Of a stretch of 64,000 bases of DNA, positions 61,631 to 64,000 are shown piece by piece. The notes under the pieces are model-generated. The model had not been told where the DNA came from. It ran no database searches and was given only the letters and a program-made list of their open reading frames with translations. Source of the DNA: Candidatus Methanophagales archaeon ANME-1-THS (GTDB lineage Archaea > Halobacteriota > Syntropharchaeia > Alkanophagales > Methanospirareceae); the NCBI GenBank assembly GCA_004212135.1, contig RXIE01000127.1, positions 1,565 through 65,564 of the forward strand, written 5' to 3'. Numbering within the stretch: the stretch's first letter is position 1; each line of letters opens with the position of its first letter. The position numbers were made by a program, and so were the translations under genes.

Positions 61631-62284
61631 TCACTCCAGTGGTATAGCGGTCTTCTCCTTCTCAATCTCTCGTGCTTTCTTCTTTATCCGCACACTGAGT
61701 ACCCCGTTTTTATAGGTTGCTTTTGCCGTCTCGGGCTTTACCAGCGTCTTGAACGCGACTTCCTTAAAATATCGTCGCCCATTTTCCGTCCTTATCTCTA
61801 ACGTGTCATCAGCAGCATGCAACTTTATATCCTTCTTCTCGACACCAGGCAGTTCAGCGACAACTTCGTACGAATCACCATGATCAATCACATCGACGAG
61901 CGGTTCGCGCTCACCGTTCGGAAAGGGCTCGATTCGTCTATGCGACGCTTTTATATTCCCAAATTCCTTTATCTCCGGCTCTTTACCCGGCTCTTTGGTG
62001 TAGGAGAACCCGTAAATAAACGGGCCATATCGTTTAACCTTACCTTCCGGCGTCTTCTCCTCGGTCATAAAACCCCTGAGTTCCTCCGGCATTCCCTCTT
62101 CTAACTTCCTCGCCATCTCCTCAAACGGGTCTCCAACCCATCCTCCTCTGTCTTCCTGGTCCTTCTTCGCCATCCGCGAGAAATTCTCCCGGGATACCGC
62201 CGGCTGGTTGCTCAAATCCTCGAAGATCCGCTCCATGTACCACTCGAGCAGATCAAAGATCGAGGGGCGCTTTCTCTTCTCCAT
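61631..62284 (-). CDS. Hsp20/alpha-crystallin small heat-shock protein with an N-terminal extension
   Basis: C-terminal …DDTLEIRTENGRRYFKEVAFKTLVKPETAKATYKNGVLSVRIKK alpha-crystallin domain. Confidence 0.75.
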   Translation of the reverse strand: MEKRKRPSIFDLLEWYMERIFEDLSNQPAVSRENFSRMAKKDQEDRGGWVGDPFEEMARKLEEGMPEELRGFMTEEKTPEGKVKRYGPFIYGFSYTKEPGKEPEIKEFGNIKASHRRIEPFPNGEREPLVDVIDHGDSYEVVAELPGVEKKDIKLHAADDTLEIRTENGRRYFKEVAFKTLVKPETAKATYKNGVLSVRIKKKAREIEKEKTAIPLE

Positions 62285-62324
62285 AATTTATGCTTTACAA
62301 TGCATTCTTAAAAAGGTTCGAGCG

Positions 62325-63131
62325 TTAATCACAGCTCGTGCTCACGACTTTGACCGGTGCTTCACCCTTTAGCCCGGTGATCAGTTTCATCAACTCGTCC
62401 AGCTTCTCGGTGCGCCCTTCAACGCAGAGAACGACCGAGCCCTCACCACCATCCACGCCGCCTGCCCCTATGGGGAACGCATCATCAGCTCCCAAGATCT
62501 TTAATGCCTCGACTTCCGTGATTATCGTGCCATGCACGGGCATCAGTCCCACGGGCATCCCGACCGACTGGTAGAATGCTTCGATCCCCACGCGTTTCGC
62601 GGCTTCGGTGATCGAATAGGGGATCGTCTTTTCAATCCCAACGGGTATGATGAAGTGCACGCCCCGTGCCATCACGGTCCCGAGAGCAGACCCGATCGTG
62701 CCACCGGACCGATGGGCCATGTATATGCCGGCTGTTCCGGTTGCGTCCAGCGCATTTGCGCCCTTTATGAAGACATCGCCAGCAGCTAACTTCTCTATTG
62801 CTTGATCAATGCCCTCGTCGCTCAACGTGCCGTTCTTCAGTATTACTTCTTTCTCACGCTCCTCCTTGGGGACCACGCAGGTACCACGGTCAGTGAGGAC
62901 ACCTGCGGCATATCGCTGCTTATCTATTTTCCGCTGCGAGCCGGGCAGGAGCTTCAAAATCTCCTCGCTGATATACCCATTGGTAGTCCCGAGCGTTATG
63001 ATGATGGTCCCTTGCTTCAATGCTCGCTGTACTGCTTTCAACCGGGTTACCCCCTTTGCAATGAGCCGCTTCGATTCAGAAGGCGTCAGTGCGATCAATA
63101 TCTTCCTCTTTTCGATTGCCATACTCCTCAC
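62325..63131 (-). CDS. Conserved hypothetical protein (no family recognised); overlaps the hom 3' end
   Basis: 268 aa, Gly-rich nucleotide-binding-like stretches. No confident match from sequence alone. Confidence 0.3.
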   Translation of the reverse strand: MRSMAIEKRKILIALTPSESKRLIAKGVTRLKAVQRALKQGTIIITLGTTNGYISEEILKLLPGSQRKIDKQRYAAGVLTDRGTCVVPKEEREKEVILKNGTLSDEGIDQAIEKLAAGDVFIKGANALDATGTAGIYMAHRSGGTIGSALGTVMARGVHFIIPVGIEKTIPYSITEAAKRVGIEAFYQSVGMPVGLMPVHGTIITEVEALKILGADDAFPIGAGGVDGGEGSVVLCVEGRTEKLDELMKLITGLKGEAPVKVVSTSCD

Positions 63132-64000
63132 TGCACCTTTTGGCTGTAAATGCCTATAAGATCAGAGAGCATTGCACTCGCGGCTTCTATCGGACCCGCA
63201 CCTTTGCCGATGACTGTGATATCCCCTGCCAGATCGGTTTTTATGGTTGCCACGTTCAAAATGCCCCCGACATTGAGGGGGTCGTCTTTCGGGACCAGCC
63301 GCGGCGCTACTTTCAGGTTGCCCTCACGGTCCACCTCGCCGATTAACTTGATCACGTAGCCTGCTTCGTCCGCGAGCGTTAGGGCATCAGGTGTGATCTC
63401 CGTGATGCCGGTTACCTCGACATCCTTGCAGGTTGCATTCCTGCCAAAGATGGAGTTCGCCAGGATCACGAGTTTCACCGCGGTGTCCACCCCTTCAACA
63501 TCCTGTGAAGGATTAGCCTCAGCGATTCCTATCTCCTGCGCCTCCTTTAGCACGTGCTCGTAGGGCAGCCCCTCTTCTGCCATTCTCGTGAGTATGTAGT
63601 TGCACGTGCCATTCAAAATACCCTTGATTGAGAGTATCTCATTCCCCGCGAGATCACCCTTCACCAATGAGAATATTGGCATAGCACCACCAACCGTGGC
63701 TTCGAATCGCAGTTCCTTCTCCTTCTTCGCCGCGAGCTCCATCAACCGCTTATACTCGACTGCGAGAGGGCCTTTATTCGAGGTCACCACATGCCGGCCT
63801 GACTCTAATGCGGTAATTATATGTGTTAATCCCGGCTCTCCTGTCTCGACATTCGTGGGTGTCGCCTCCACCATAACCTCGTGCTCCACATCTCGTATAA
63901 CCTCTACGCTCGTCATATCTGCCATCGTGCCCATGCTTTTATGCCCGGTCTTGAGTGCCTTTATAGCCTCCTCGGAGACACCATTCTCGTCCACAATGAC
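63128..64000 (-). CDS. hom: Homoserine dehydrogenase (C-terminal portion; N-terminus beyond the window end)
   Basis: …[43 protein letters not shown]…[11 protein letters not shown]… catalytic and ACT-like regions. Confidence 0.8.
   Translation of the reverse strand, partial: VIVDENGVSEEAIKALKTGHKSMGTMADMTSVEVIRDVEHEVMVEATPTNVETGEPGLTHIITALESGRHVVTSNKGPLAVEYKRLMELAAKKEKELRFEATVGGAMPIFSLVKGDLAGNEILSIKGILNGTCNYILTRMAEEGLPYEHVLKEAQEIGIAEANPSQDVEGVDTAVKLVILANSIFGRNATCKDVEVTGITEITPDALTLADEAGYVIKLIGEVDREGNLKVAPRLVPKDDPLNVGGILNVATIKTDLAGDITVIGKGAGPIEAASAMLSDLIGIYSQKVQ

Noticed and set aside
61395-61634. 79-aa ORF overlapping the Hsp20 3' end
   Set aside because: No recognisable features. It overlaps the Hsp20 stop and lies in an AT-rich intergenic stretch. 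Likely non-coding.

Overview
The window looks like an archaeal chromosome segment from a methanogen-like euryarchaeon, probably Methanosarcinales-related. Supporting genes: cysteate synthase and ComDE (the coenzyme M biosynthesis route), aIF2-gamma, Cgi121, ribosomal protein L40e, two PurP paralogs, PGF-CTERM proteins, two CooC-like ATPases and hyp genes.

GC content is moderate, with several AT-rich islands: about 1.7-3.2 kb, 8.75-10.4 kb, 41.7-43.3 kb and 61.0-61.4 kb.

Main contents in order:
- A cas4-cas1-cas2 adaptation module at the 5' edge, with no CRISPR array inside the window.
- A tRNA-Leu(TAA).
- Housekeeping genes: purP x2, ribG, aroC, asd, eIF2-gamma, ClpB, and an acyl-CoA dehydrogenase.
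- A complete [NiFe]-hydrogenase and maturation locus (hypF, hypC, hypD, endopeptidase, large and small subunits, hypA, MinD-like ATPase, hypE), interrupted by an AT-rich insertion that encodes an ABC-type ATPase and a small partner gene.
- Phosphate uptake loci (pit and pstSCAB-phoU).
- A coenzyme-M-related gene cluster: HdrD-like protein, DUF39-ferredoxin fusion, cysteate synthase, ComDE, and a sulfonate-type ABC transporter. Its two promoters share a conserved ~36-bp motif.

Most unusual observations:
- An identical 42-bp, 14-codon in-frame segment sits inside both cysteate synthase and ComDE.
- Three genes carry in-frame stop codons: pstS (TGA), a CAP-domain gene (TAG plus a frameshift) and the small partner gene in the AT-rich island (TAG).
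- Palindromic elements are duplicated at the cas gene junctions.

The ORF track uses alternative start codons, so many annotated starts are uncertain.
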